Origin: Azolla caroliniana
Lineage: Eukaryota; Plantae; Polypodiophyta
Assembly (NCBI GenBank): GCA_043228905.1
Contig: JBHGNT010000009.1
Span: 6,572,001 to 6,636,000 of the forward strand
DNA length: 64,000 bases
Reading direction: 5' to 3'
The translations under genes and the position numbers were made by a program. The notes beneath the pieces are model-generated. The model made no database searches. It was not told the origin of the DNA and saw only the letters and a program-made list of their open reading frames with translations. Of this stretch, positions 39,833 through 60,066 are shown in pieces (position 1 is the stretch's first letter; the number at the start of each line of letters is the position of its first letter).

Positions 39833-41147
39833 TGGGTTTCTTCTTTTGTTTGTTCCTTTTTGTTGTTGTTCCATGTCTATCTTTTTTAGGATTCCTTAAA
39901 TGTCTCTTAATTGTTTTGGGCTCCCTTGAGATGGCTTCATGTTCTGCTTAGAGAAAATACGATGTGTTCCCTCAAGAGCACGTGCATAATAACTGTTGGT
40001 TAATATTGCAAGTATTTTGTATCATGTTTAGATCAAGCTCTTTAAAAGGGGTGGGAATGAAATCTATTGTTCGGTTATGCAAACCTTTTTTAATTCAGAA
40101 TGCGTGTGTAAGTGGGTAACTTGTTGACGGAAGATTGTGGGAAATTTAATCATTATGCTTCGTGTAGATTGGTCATTTAGCTTATTTATGTAGTTATTTC
40201 ATGCCTGTTTACCTATGATCTCCTGCATTTGTTCATTGTTTTGATGCCCATTGCAATGTTTTATTTTGTATTTTGTCTAGAGACAAATGTGATGTGTTCT
40301 TTCACGAAGATTTATGAAATCTGTTGCTTGGTAGTGCAAACTGTTATTAATTCATGTAGGTGTGTGTCTAACTTGCTGGTAAAAGTCATTGGAATGTTTA
40401 ACAATGTCACTATTTATATGGATTTAATTTAGCTCTATACAGATGATATTGATGAAATCTTGAGAACATAGCATAGAGACATAGGTTCTAACGCAGGAAA
40501 GATGTCTTTATTTATGCATTGGACGGATGCCTGTGCGTTAAGCCGAAACATTTCATAATACTTTTCCAAAATGTATATAATTTTGCCTAAATCATACATT
40601 TGTGTGTTGCAGCTATGTTTTAAGGTAGGGATTATGGCTATGCTCATGCCTTGGAAAGATGCCTTTCACTACATTATATAATGCTTTTCAGAAACTCACA
40701 AAATTTTATCATGTTGTATCCACTGGTTAGATGTTGTGATCTCTTTGTTCAGGAACAACCTGATGATGGTTTCACAATTCTCTTCTAGGGATAGTTCAAG
40801 ACTCTAATTTTTCTTAATCAGTATCGATAGAACTGCATTTTCCTTTTACTAGTCATGTATAGAAAATATTAGCACATGGATACAATTGAATGTGTATTAA
40901 CTTCTTAATAAATGCTTTAATAGTGAAGCAAGTAGAACATATGTTGTTAGTTTATATTATTTAAGTGTTGATGTAGCAAGAAGTTCTCTTGATGGTCTCT
41001 AATCTTCCATCTTTGAAAATTAACCATGCCAATTTAACTAATTATGAAGCCTTGGAGTTTGGAAAATTATTAAAATGTTTCCTATTGGATGCAGAGAGTA
41101 AGTATATGGAGTTATGATGTTCTACAAATAAAAGCATCCCAATTTGT

Positions 41148-48829
<7,682 letters not shown>

Positions 48830-49898
48830 CAAGAGTCCACATCATTGTCCTGGTTGCTAAAGAGCAATTGCAATTAATTGTATTTGCCATACCAAATGTT
48901 CCTTTCCATAGGTAACCTGGAAATTTGTGGATCATTTTGCTTATTCATTCATTTTTTTAGAGCAGTTTTTGCTTCTTGATCTATATTTCGGGATGCAATT
49001 GTTTATATATATACATATACATTCAATCATCATTGTAATCTTTGTGGCTGCCCTATCAAAGGGCTCCATTAGTCCAAATGTAAAGCATCAAGCTTGATGC
49101 AACACTGGTCTTATAAGAGAAAAAACACTTTTTGTTCAGAGGATAAACTTAAAAAAATGCAATTGTAATATATATCTTTGTTTCTGACTTTCTTGAATTA
49201 TTGAGATAGGGCTCTTTTTAATGGAAAAGCTTTATGAAGTAGGTGACCTACGAAACAGAGTGACAACCATTTGGATCATGTCAGAACTAACACTCATGCT
49301 TGATGCTTAATACTTCTTTGTTTCATTTTTCTTATCTTAGTCGGGTGTTTGAAGGCGTGGTAAGTACTAAGTACAAAACTCTTGGCCTATGGCTAGAGCA
49401 TGGAAAGACGTCCACCCATTAACATCTATGCTTTATACAACATGTGTTTTTTCTCTTGGTATAGGGTTGATTGTTATTTTACACAATTGAGGGGTGATGA
49501 GTCCAGCCCCTTACAGAGCAAACCCTTAATATTCCATGATTGTACATCATTATTGTTTTCTCTAATCATTGGGGCTGTTTGCAATTTAGAGTTCAAAACT
49601 ATGGCATTTTTATCATAAGAAAGTTAAATGTGGCAAACACGTATGAATAATGTTGGGTACCAGTTGGTTATAGCAGTCCATGGCTCACAAACAACTAGAC
49701 TAGTCAATCTTGTTAGCCACTAGCTTAAAGCATAAGCTTCTTTCAATCTACAAGATTGTTTTAGTGCACTATTCGATGAGTTGGTGAACAATCATTTTAA
49801 TTAATGGATCCATGGTCAACTAAGATTGCAAAGCATTTCTTATTATTCTAATTAAAATGATTTACAAGTCACATGGTCTAGTTAGTCACATGCGTTCT

Positions 49899-52800
49899 TG
49901 TTAGCCGTTCGGCTACGCGAAGGATAAAGGTCAACAATTTGGAGTCGGTGTCGAAGTTGGACAATATAAAAAGACAGATTTTAAAATGTAATTTTGTCGA
50001 GTATAAACAATATTGTAATTAGGACAATTTTGTATAACTGTAGGTTCTTGCTGAACAAGCAAGTGTATCATCTTGGAAAAGACTCTCAGGCCGCCTATAA
50101 AAAGGGATCGAGAACATTGTATTATTATTGTTCTGTTTTGGTTAATATAGTTTTGGTAGTTAAGAGTAATTGCTATGTCGACTGTTCTGTCTATTTCATT
50201 CTTCTATATTTACCGTGTCCAATGTTTGAACCTATTCTCTACGACACATATTATGTTATACTAACAGTCGATCAGAATCGGAGGTTCTAGTTCTAAGAAA
50301 TTATATTCTGAGTGATCATAGTTTCATATAAAATTCTGAGCTAGTGTTGACACATACCATCTCTCCAACCACAATCATCTTGATAGAACGTTCTCGGTAG
50401 CGAGACGTTTCACCTATTGTGTCTCTCAACTGTCGTCCGAACAACACAATATTTTGGCATGCCCGATTACATCTGCTACGAGCAGAGAACAAGGAGAATG
50501 GATGTCGTGTAGTCGACTCAATACAGATAAGCTTGCAGAAAGTAGAAGACTACGCACGAGATCGGAGAGCCGATGTGCAGAAAGGGATAGTTCCGATAGT
50601 TCGGAGTTTGCCGAACAAATCCAACAAGCAGCTAAAGGGGAATTGAGAGCACTTCCCGATTTAACTACTGATAGTAGTTCGGACGAGGAGCAATCTGACC
50701 AGAGATACTTAGTCGAACTTTGTGAGGAGGATACAATGTCGTATCCATATCCCAAGTATAATGATGAAGCTGACGCAGAGGCGTAGGTGCATGCTTTTCT
50801 TACGACATAAGCTATGATAATTTTCGTGGAGGTATATAAAAAAGATGGCAGGCTAACCATGTGTCGCAGAGATTGTTGGAAGCAAATGCCTCAGCATCAA
50901 ATTAAGATGTGAAGCCAATATAGCAACAACGGTATAGACTAAACCCGAATTACGTGGTAAAAGTAAAAGAGGAAATCGATAAGTTGTTATGGGTCGGCTT
51001 CATCTGACCTGTCAAGAAAGACACTTGGCTGAGCCCAATAGTCGTTGTGCCCAAAGTGAATGGACAAATTAGGGTGCGTGTCGATTATCGAAAGCTGAAT
51101 GTGGCAATTTCCGTTACCTTTCACAGATGAGGTTCTCGATGCGGTAGCCGGGCATGAAATTTAGAGTTTTCTCGATGGGTTCAGTGGATATAATAAGATT
51201 CGAATGCATCTCGATGATCAAGAAAATACGGCTTTTGTCACTGAAGGGGGTGTGTTTGTAGCAGTCGTCATGGTGTTCGGCCTCAAAACAACTCCAACGA
51301 CATTCCAATAGGTAATTATGGAAATATTTTCCGATTATATCCCAACATTTATGAAGGTGTTTCTAGATGACTTTGTTGTGTAAAGGCGGAGAAGCGACCA
51401 TTTTGAACATCTTCAACTCTGTTTGGAAAGATGTCGACAAGGTCGGTTAAGCTTAAATCCAACGATTTGGGGTAACAAGTGGAATGCGACTGGGTCATAT
51501 TGTTAGTCGGGACGGAATTGCCGTAGATCTCGACAAGGTGAAAGCAATAATAGAGGCACCACCGCCAACAAACGCCAAGGCATTGAGCCGATTCTTGGGC
51601 CAAATTAGATGGAATATTCAGATGATCAGATACTTGGCTAATGTAGCAACACCTCTTCATGTGGCAGTGCATAAAACACCTTTCCAATGGTCGACAACCG
51701 AATAGGATGCTTACGATTGTTTGAAGAAAACGATGTCCAAAGTACCAGTTGTGCAACCACCAGATTGGGCAAAAGACTTTCATGTCTTTGTCGATGTCTT
51801 GGATATAGCCATTGGAAGTGCATCGATGCAACTGTCGGAGCCGAACTGGTACAAACAAGTATACTACACCTACGCCGAATGAAACTATTTAACTGTTGAA
51901 TGAAACTATTCGACAACTGAATGGGAAGATCTTGGCAGGATATATATCCGACTATTTAAGTCGACTAGAGTCGGGAGAACCAGGTACGGATGTTAGTGAC
52001 GATTTTCCAGATGCGCAACTCTTCCGAGTCGAAGCTATCAATTCGACGAGGTCAATGAAGAATTAGCCGATTTATGGATCACAGAGATGACGCTATTTCT
52101 CAGTACAAGATTACCACCTGAGGGTATGTCGCTAGATGAACGAAAACGACTTGTTGTTCGGAGTCGGAACTTTTGTCTGTTGAAGGAAACGTTATATCAT
52201 AAAGGAGTTGATGGAGTTTGGCGGCAATGGTTTGACAGTTCGAAAAGGAAGCTATTTTACGTGAGACGCATTGTGGAATTGGTGGTGGGGATTATGTAGG
52301 CGATACAACCGCACTCAGAACACTTGAACTTTTTCAAAAATGGGGCTTAGATTTCGTCGGACCATTTAAGCCAGTAGCAGCAAGAACCGGTAACCACTAT
52401 GTGATAGTCAATATCGATTATTGTATGAAATGGATCGAAGCAAAGGCTCTCAGGGATAATACGATGGTTTCCACATCCAAATTCTTGTACGAATGCATAT
52501 GGTGTAGATTCGGCTGCCCAATTGAACTTGTAAGTGACCAAGGTACTCGTTTTATTAACAAAGTCATCTATGAATTATCAAACAATTATGCAGTCATGCA
52601 TAAAAAGAGTACACCATTTTATCCGCAAGCCAATGGATTAGTAGAATCGACGATTTAGATGATTTTGAAGAAAATCGTCAATGAGAATCGAACTGATTGG
52701 GATCAGAAGCTACATAGTGCGTTATGGGCATACAAAACAACCTACAAGACTATGATCAGGTCAACTCCATTTTGGATGGAATTTGGCTTAGAAGCGGTTA

Positions 52801-55800
52801 TGTCAATTGAATTTCAGATTCCAAGCTTAAGAGTGCAGGTGACAGAGCCCCTGGATGAAGAACAATTAGAACAAGTTTGGAAGGAACAACTTCTTACATG
52901 GGAAGAAAGTCGACTATAGGGGATGACATTGGTATCTAGAGCATAAACAATGGAAAACAAAGGCATTTTGGATCGACACCGACATGGTAAAGAGAAGCTT
53001 TTCGACATCGGTAAGCTTTTCTTAGTCTTTCAGACGAAAATGGGTGCCATGCCAAGGAAACTGTGATTTCGATGGACATGCCCTTATTGGATTGACACAA
53101 CAACATCAAGGGAACATATCAAATCGACACGTTAACTGATGAGGTTTTACCCAAGTGGGTGAATGGGTTCCGACTTAAGCCTTATCAAGGGTCAACACCG
53201 ACTAATCCATTCGAACCAGGAAATGCACAAGGCAGTCGGCCGACTACCCTGACAATGGTCGGTGAACCATGACCAATACAAGGCCATAATTGTAATAAGA
53301 AAAACAAAAACAGAAAACAGAAAACAGAAGAAATAGAATATCAAATCAAATCTTGGCATAATTACTTCTTGGCATTGTCCTTTTCAGATTATATATGGAC
53401 ATGCGTGCTTATGATTTAGTACTTATGATGAGTGGTGGCTATTGAAAAGGGCATTAATAGTAGATTCTATTATTGCAGGTTCTATCTTGAGTTATGGGCC
53501 CCTTCCATAGAAAAACTTTTTCAGTTCCTTTTCCTCACACAGAGAAGCATAGAAAAACCCTAGCATATAGAAACGCACGGGTGAATAGAGAGACGCGCAC
53601 ACAATCACAGGCGAACAAAGCGACAAGTAAAGAAGCGCAGATGAACAACCGACTCTCCAACTCCTCCACTGAACACAACGAGGTTGCTAACACAGAAGAA
53701 GAGCAAGAAACCATGCTGATGCAAGTCTCATAACACTTGCGTCGCTGGATGCAGACCAATGGGTTGGAGGGATACCTTCAAGTCACAGATGCAAAACCTC
53801 ACCCGTAGCCTGAAGAAAGAATTAATCAGATTGACGTCGAAAAAATTACCAACAAACAAGTGCACCTATTCTTAAAGATGAAAAAAGAGGGGTATAATGA
53901 AATGGATGTAGTCAAACCAGAGATCCTAGAGTCTTATTTTGGTGAATACTCTCCGTTAGCCAAAGCGTATAGGACACAAGGAGTTAACGATGTGTTCTTT
54001 CACGATGTGGCCAAATTTTTGTCAGAAGTGGCTTGTGTTAGTCCTTGGTCATATTGCATGCCCAAACAAAGGGATGGCTTCATTATCGCAACATATGAGG
54101 GGGAAAAAATCGACTTGGGGTGGATTACGGGGATCACGCTCCGAGAACAACTCCATGGGGTTTAGATGGGCAAACCCATGAAGTTGATTTTCGCATGGTG
54201 GCTAGCGATATCGTGCCTCGCACCAGTAGCCGACACAGGATGTAAGACCCCAAGAAAAGAGAAGGGGCAGTCATCACAAGCACTACCACAACAATTGGCA
54301 AGAAGAACAACGTTAACACGACTTCAACAAGACAAAACAAAGCTAAAGGAAGCGGACAAACATCTCCAAACGTGCGACTATGCTAGGATCCCTCATGTAC
54401 CAGATCGACAATCATGGGATCAACTACAAGCGACGGAGAAGTTAGCCAAAAGCGCCAACAACAGGGCAGAAGGAGCTGAAGCAAAAGTACAACGAATGAA
54501 AGGCCGCCTTCAAACAGACCAAAGACAATTTGAAGCATTGTTTCAAGCCAAGAAGGACGAAATAACTAACCTTAATCAACAACTACAACAACAGATGATG
54601 GAGACGAAGGACGAATAAGAGAAGATAGACAAGCTCGAGTTATATATTAAAATGCAAGAGGAGCATTATCTGGAGCACACAACCAAGCTCGAAATGGAAC
54701 AAGAGGCATCGACGACGAAATACGATTAGCTAACCGAGAAGTATGAGCAAAAGAGGCTTGCATTATTGGTGGCAGAAACGAAATTGCAGTTCGACCAAGG
54801 CTTGGTAGAAGTTTGACTATCCGAAATGTGGAAGGAACTGGCCAATATGCAGTATAGACTCAACATGGGAGGGGAAAAAGTGTTCCTTATCTTATCTAGG
54901 CACAAGACCAATACACGACAAATGGTCGCCGAATCCTTGGACAACGGTTGGAAGACATGGTCGGCTCAAGCTACCGAATTATAGTTATTAAGTGCCGACC
55001 ATGAGAACAGGGAGAAGCATGGTCAGGGCTTCTTCAAAATGGATGAAGCAACTATTGCCACAATCCAAGAAGAGCTAGCCCATGACATATATGAGCTTTC
55101 AACGCGCCACAAGGAAGAGATCACCAAGCTGATGGAGGAATATGAGGACCAACAGATGGCAATTGTAGTGGAGCTCGATACCTATGAGGACGAACCAACT
55201 TAGGAAGAATCAGGCCAAAAAATACTTGTAAGAAACATCCATCAAGAGGACGAAACTGAGCAGGAGGTTGAGGCGGAATCGATGTTGCGGATGGAGGAGC
55301 TTAACACAGACAACCCACAAAATTTGACTGACGCAAAAGAGAAGGAGGAGCCCAATCTGTTCGACATAATGAACAAGGACGTGAGTGAAATAGATGAAGA
55401 GGACCCGATTGACGACGAACAAATAGTCAACAATGAGGAAGGGGTCCCACGGTGTGCCATGTGTTAGCCTGTCAGCTACCCGAAGGATAAAGGTCGACAA
55501 GTCGAAGTCGGAGTCAGACAATATGCAAAGACATATTTTAAAATGTAATTTTGCCGAGTATAAACAATATAGTAATTAGGACAGTTTTGCATAATTGTAG
55601 GTTCTTGACGAATAGGCAAGTGTATAATCTTGGAAAAGACTCTCAGATCGCCTATAAAAAGGGACGGAGAGCACTGTATTATTATCGTTTTGTTTTGGTT
55701 AATATAGTTTTGGTAGTTAGAGTAATTGTTGTGTCGACTGTTCTGTCTATTTCATTCTTCTATATTTACTATGTCGAATATTCGAACCTATTCTCTACTA

Positions 55801-56002
55801 CACAGATTATGTTATACTAACAGTCGATCCGAATCAAAGGTTCTAGTTCTAAGTAATTATATTCTGAGTGATCATAGTTTCATATAAAATTCTGAGCTAG
55901 TGTCGACACATACCATCTCTCCAACCACAATCATCTTGATAGAACGTTCTCGGTAGCAAGACGTTTGACCTATTGTGTGTGTCGGCTGTCGTTAGAACAA
56001 CA
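49899..56002 (+). mobile_element. Ty3/gypsy non-chromovirus element C, internally deleted and decayed
   Basis: LTRs 49899-50446 and 55462-56002 (TG...CA). TSD GTTCT/ATTCT. PBS-like TGGCATGCCCG near 50455. Degenerate RT (FLDDF), RNaseH and integrase (KWGLDFVGP, SDQGT). Extra-ORF remnant at 53716-55440. Confidence 0.93.
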
Positions 56003-57205
56003 ATTCTAACCACACCTAATTGTAATCTTTGTTTCGATTACTATAAATCACAATATTATTAAGGGTTCTACGTAAACTCGTTCTATTTATTAATCACTCG
56101 GCTTATGTTTAATGATTGTGCTTGCTAATTAACTTGTCTATTATCGAGGATTTAACCTCTTGAATCTCTATTTGTGTTTTGAAGCCATGGCCACCAATGC
56201 CCCCTGTACGGTGCCCATATATGGGCTCAAGGCCTCCTGGAAGACATGTGAACACATATAGAGCGTCCACTAGGCATGATGTTGTCACCAATGATATCTG
56301 GCAAAGAATCCACCCCACAAGAGATCATAATTGGCAACGCCCCCCCACAATGCTAGAAACATTACTCCAAACAATGAACTGTGTCACCTCAAAGAATTAC
56401 ATGTAAGGCATTTGAACCATCATGGCAAATGGCCACCAATGTCTCTCTACTAGTGTTTTGAAGCCATGGCCACCAATGCCTCTGGTATGATGCATCCTTT
56501 TCAACCGCATTTGAACCATGTTCACTCAAAGAATTACATGCAAAGCATTTGAAACATCAAAGCAAATGGCTATAATAGAACGCACAAAAGGATCATGGTA
56601 TGTACAATTAGTGATGAAGTGGTTCAACATTAATGGCCTCAACATTGAGATCTTGCCACACTTTCCATATTGTACATCGTTCACAAATGATGAATGTAAA
56701 AAAGTGTTAATCGGCTAAGTACTAACTACTACCGATACAGAAGAGTGAACGTCGCTACTCAACGTTCTAACAAGGAATTGTGTTTTACGAACGGAATTAT
56801 ACTGTATTAATCGGTAATTACCGTGATCGTTACTTAGTTATAAATTAGGAAGCTTGCACTTAAGATCATAGACAATAAAAGAAACACAGAATTCGTACAA
56901 GATATCCCTAACTTAAACTTATATTACTAAATAGAACGACCTTTCTTACAATGCCTTCGGTTCCCTTTTATAGGTATACCGAAGGTCTTTTCTCATCAAG
57001 AACTATTCCTACTTACTATCAAGATTTACAAAATTATCTAACTAACTTAGTTCTCTTCGTTTACTGCTGAGTCATTGATCCGAACAGTCGATCCGAACCG
57101 ACTCTGTTTTCGACGCTTTCCCACTTGTTCGGTAAAACTGACTGTCCGGGTCCGGGTAACACTTGGCACGTCTGTGGGCCAGGACCTTGTCCAGCGAACC
57201 CACAC

Positions 57206-59659
57206 CTATTCCTGTAGCTCTTCATCCGAATCGTTTAGAATATCAAAAATCGAAGGCTCATCTGGCCTTGGATGTATTCCACCTATATCTTCCTCTTCAT
57301 CTTCATCTGTGTCACAGTCGTCCTTCGGAGCAGGTTGTGATTCGGTTGGCTGCTCTGGTTCACTTCTTCCGGAAGCTTGAATACCAGGAGTCTTGCTGGT
57401 TTTTTCGGCTTCGATTTTATCCAACTGGACGGAAGTGCCTATATCATTTTTGTCGAATTCTTGCATAATACGTTGAATTTCTTCTCTGTAAAATGCCGCA
57501 ATTTCGTCCATATCTTTCATGATATCCTCTTGGATATTGTCAATATCCTTTTGTGCCATTTTAAAAAAACCTACACCTTGTACCTGACGGTTATTTTTGT
57601 CGGCACGCAATAACTGTAATTCCGCCGCTTGTGCTGTCCATAACTTCCATCCTTGCGCAAGGGATTCATCGATCATTTTCTTTGCTAGGTTTCGATGTTT
57701 ACCTATGATGTGCTGCACTTTGTCCCTAGTGATGCTTGCGACGTATTGGGCGGTCTGCAACTCTTTCTGTAAATCCGTAATAGTGGTTCGGTTCTCACTT
57801 TCAGCTCGCATTAGTTTGGATTCGACTACATATATATCCAGCCGTCTTTGTTCCGATATCTTCCGAATTTCGTCCAGTTGTTGTTCGAATGCCGATTTCT
57901 CTTTACTCCATTCCTCCTGCTGTTCCGTCATTCTTCTGTTGACTTCTTCAAGACTCCGCTGTTTTTCTGTCAATTGACTTTCCTGTGACACTATATACCT
58001 TTCGAATTCTTCAATTTGTTCGGTATATGTATGATTGGCCGTCTTAGCTTCTTCTAGATTTTTCTGTAATTCGTTTATTACTTGATTTTTTTCTTCGAGA
58101 GCTTTGTATTGACCATTCTGAATGGTTTCTATTTGCTTTTCTAATTCTGTAGTTCGAAATACCGCATTGTTGGCCCTTGTTGTTTCTGCTTGACGTGCTT
58201 TCTAAGCGTCCTCCAATTTCTGCTGCCATTCTGACTCCGACACCATAAGCCGTGCCTGTGTTTCCCATTTGTTTAGACTTTCCTTTAGTTCTTTATTTTC
58301 TGCCTGTATGTTACAAAACTGATGTTTCAGCACCTCCGCCGATGCTGATACACTTTTGTATCTTTCAGCCATATCACTGGCTGCTTTGCGTGCCGTTTCA
58401 TATTCTTTATGAATTTCGACCAGTGCTTCATGTAATGGTGGCATTTCAATAGCTTCCCCTCTATGCTGTGCACTTCTTTTCCGGCCTATTTTCTCTATCT
58501 CTGCTTTTTCTTGAGGTTCCAACATTCCTCGTAAGGCTTTCTGTATCATTATTCGGTCATTATGTTCTTGAGCCAGCCGTTCTGATACTTCTGTCAGTCT
58601 TTTAGCCAACCATTCAACCAGTTCGTATGAAGTTCCGAACTGTAAAATGGCAGCTAATTCATGTGCTGCTGGTGGGATATCCAAGTACCCATGTGCTTCC
58701 CGAATGGCTACTTTTGAAGATTGTCCTTGGTGAGGTTGTGTCAAAACGCTCTCATTCCCTGGTTTTAGTACTTCTGTTACCATAGGCATATTCGACTTTT
58801 CATTTGTGCGTTGCCTTTTCGGTGCTGATCCCTCACTGTTTTCTGGTTGGAATTGCCGATTAGCCTTTTGTTTAATCCTTGTTCTTTGTCTCATCTTCTC
58901 TGCTTGTTGTCGATTTTCTGTCGGCTGTTGCTTGTTTATCAAATTGTCAACTGTTTCTTGTTCTGTCGCTGGTTGCTTGTTTTCGGAATTCTCTGGTCTT
59001 GGTGGTTCCGACTGAGGCATATTTGTTTGTATATTATCGGCATGTGCCGATTCTTCTTCTATCCATTCTTCATGTACTACCTGTCGGTGTCTTCGTGGTG
59101 CTTGTACTATCGGTGGTCTTCTTGACTGAACAGGAGTTTCCGATTCTTGAATCGGAAACAATACTGATAACCAACGACCAAAAATTTGCTTCATCGGTTT
59201 TCCTGTTTTTACCCCTTGTAGCTGCTCTCTCAGAGCTTCCCCCGACAATAGTGGCCAGTTGAAATCCTCTTTTTCGTATGCGGCTATGATAAATCCAGCC
59301 CTTTTTTTCGGCATACAATAAAAACGAGGACTGACAAATCCCACCTCTAATAGAAATCTAGCCACTTCATGAAAAAACTCATCCCGACCTCCATAAGTCT
59401 GATATGCTTTTGCCGAGGGTGAGTATTCCCCGAAATACGATTGGAGTGCTTCTGATGAAGGTTTTTTAACTGCCTCAAAGCCTCCTCTTGGCATTTGTAA
59501 TGCATTTCGTATTTTCTTTGTGGTGATTTTGGTGATGTCCATTTGTTGTACCAATTCTTCCGCCTGCGGATGAGGTTCCGCTTCTGCTACTTTGATGAAA
59601 CCTTGTAGGTTTCTCTCATGAAGCCACAATCGCAGTTCTTCAGATACAGGAATCGACAT
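57206..59659 (-). pseudogene. Extra (env-position) ORF of element D, ~817 codons, one in-frame stop at 58202; function unknown
   Basis: ORFs 58202-59866 and 57206-57991 share a frame. Globular N-terminal domain, long coiled-coil-like region and acidic tail. Homologous to element C 53716-55440. Confidence 0.85.
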
Positions 59660-60066
59660 GACTTCTGTATTTCCTTGTTCTGAATCACTTGTCGATGACA
59701 GTTGCAGATCTGCACAGTTTCTGTAGCGATGAAAATCAGAAAAGCAGAGTTTGGGCGAACTAGGGCACGAAGGAGGCTCAGACTGTTTCGATATCTGCAC
59801 TCGTTTCTGTTGTTTTGACGACACAGATGATATAGAAATATGCTTTAAAGATATTAACTTATGCATGATGACTTAAAGAATAGTAATTGCTATTAATGTA
59901 GGAATTAATTAGTATTCACTCTACGTGTAGTGGTTGTACTCCTTACTAATAATCATGCAATTCCTCTTTCTATTTATAGTCGATTCATACTGTTATGGCA
60001 AGATTGTATTTCTGCATTTGACAAGAACTATTGAGTGAGTTAGTTAGTTTTTTTTTTTTTTTTTTT

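Noticed and set aside
57206-59866. Retroviral-type env gene
   Set aside because: No evident signal peptide or transmembrane segment; kept as an unknown accessory ORF.
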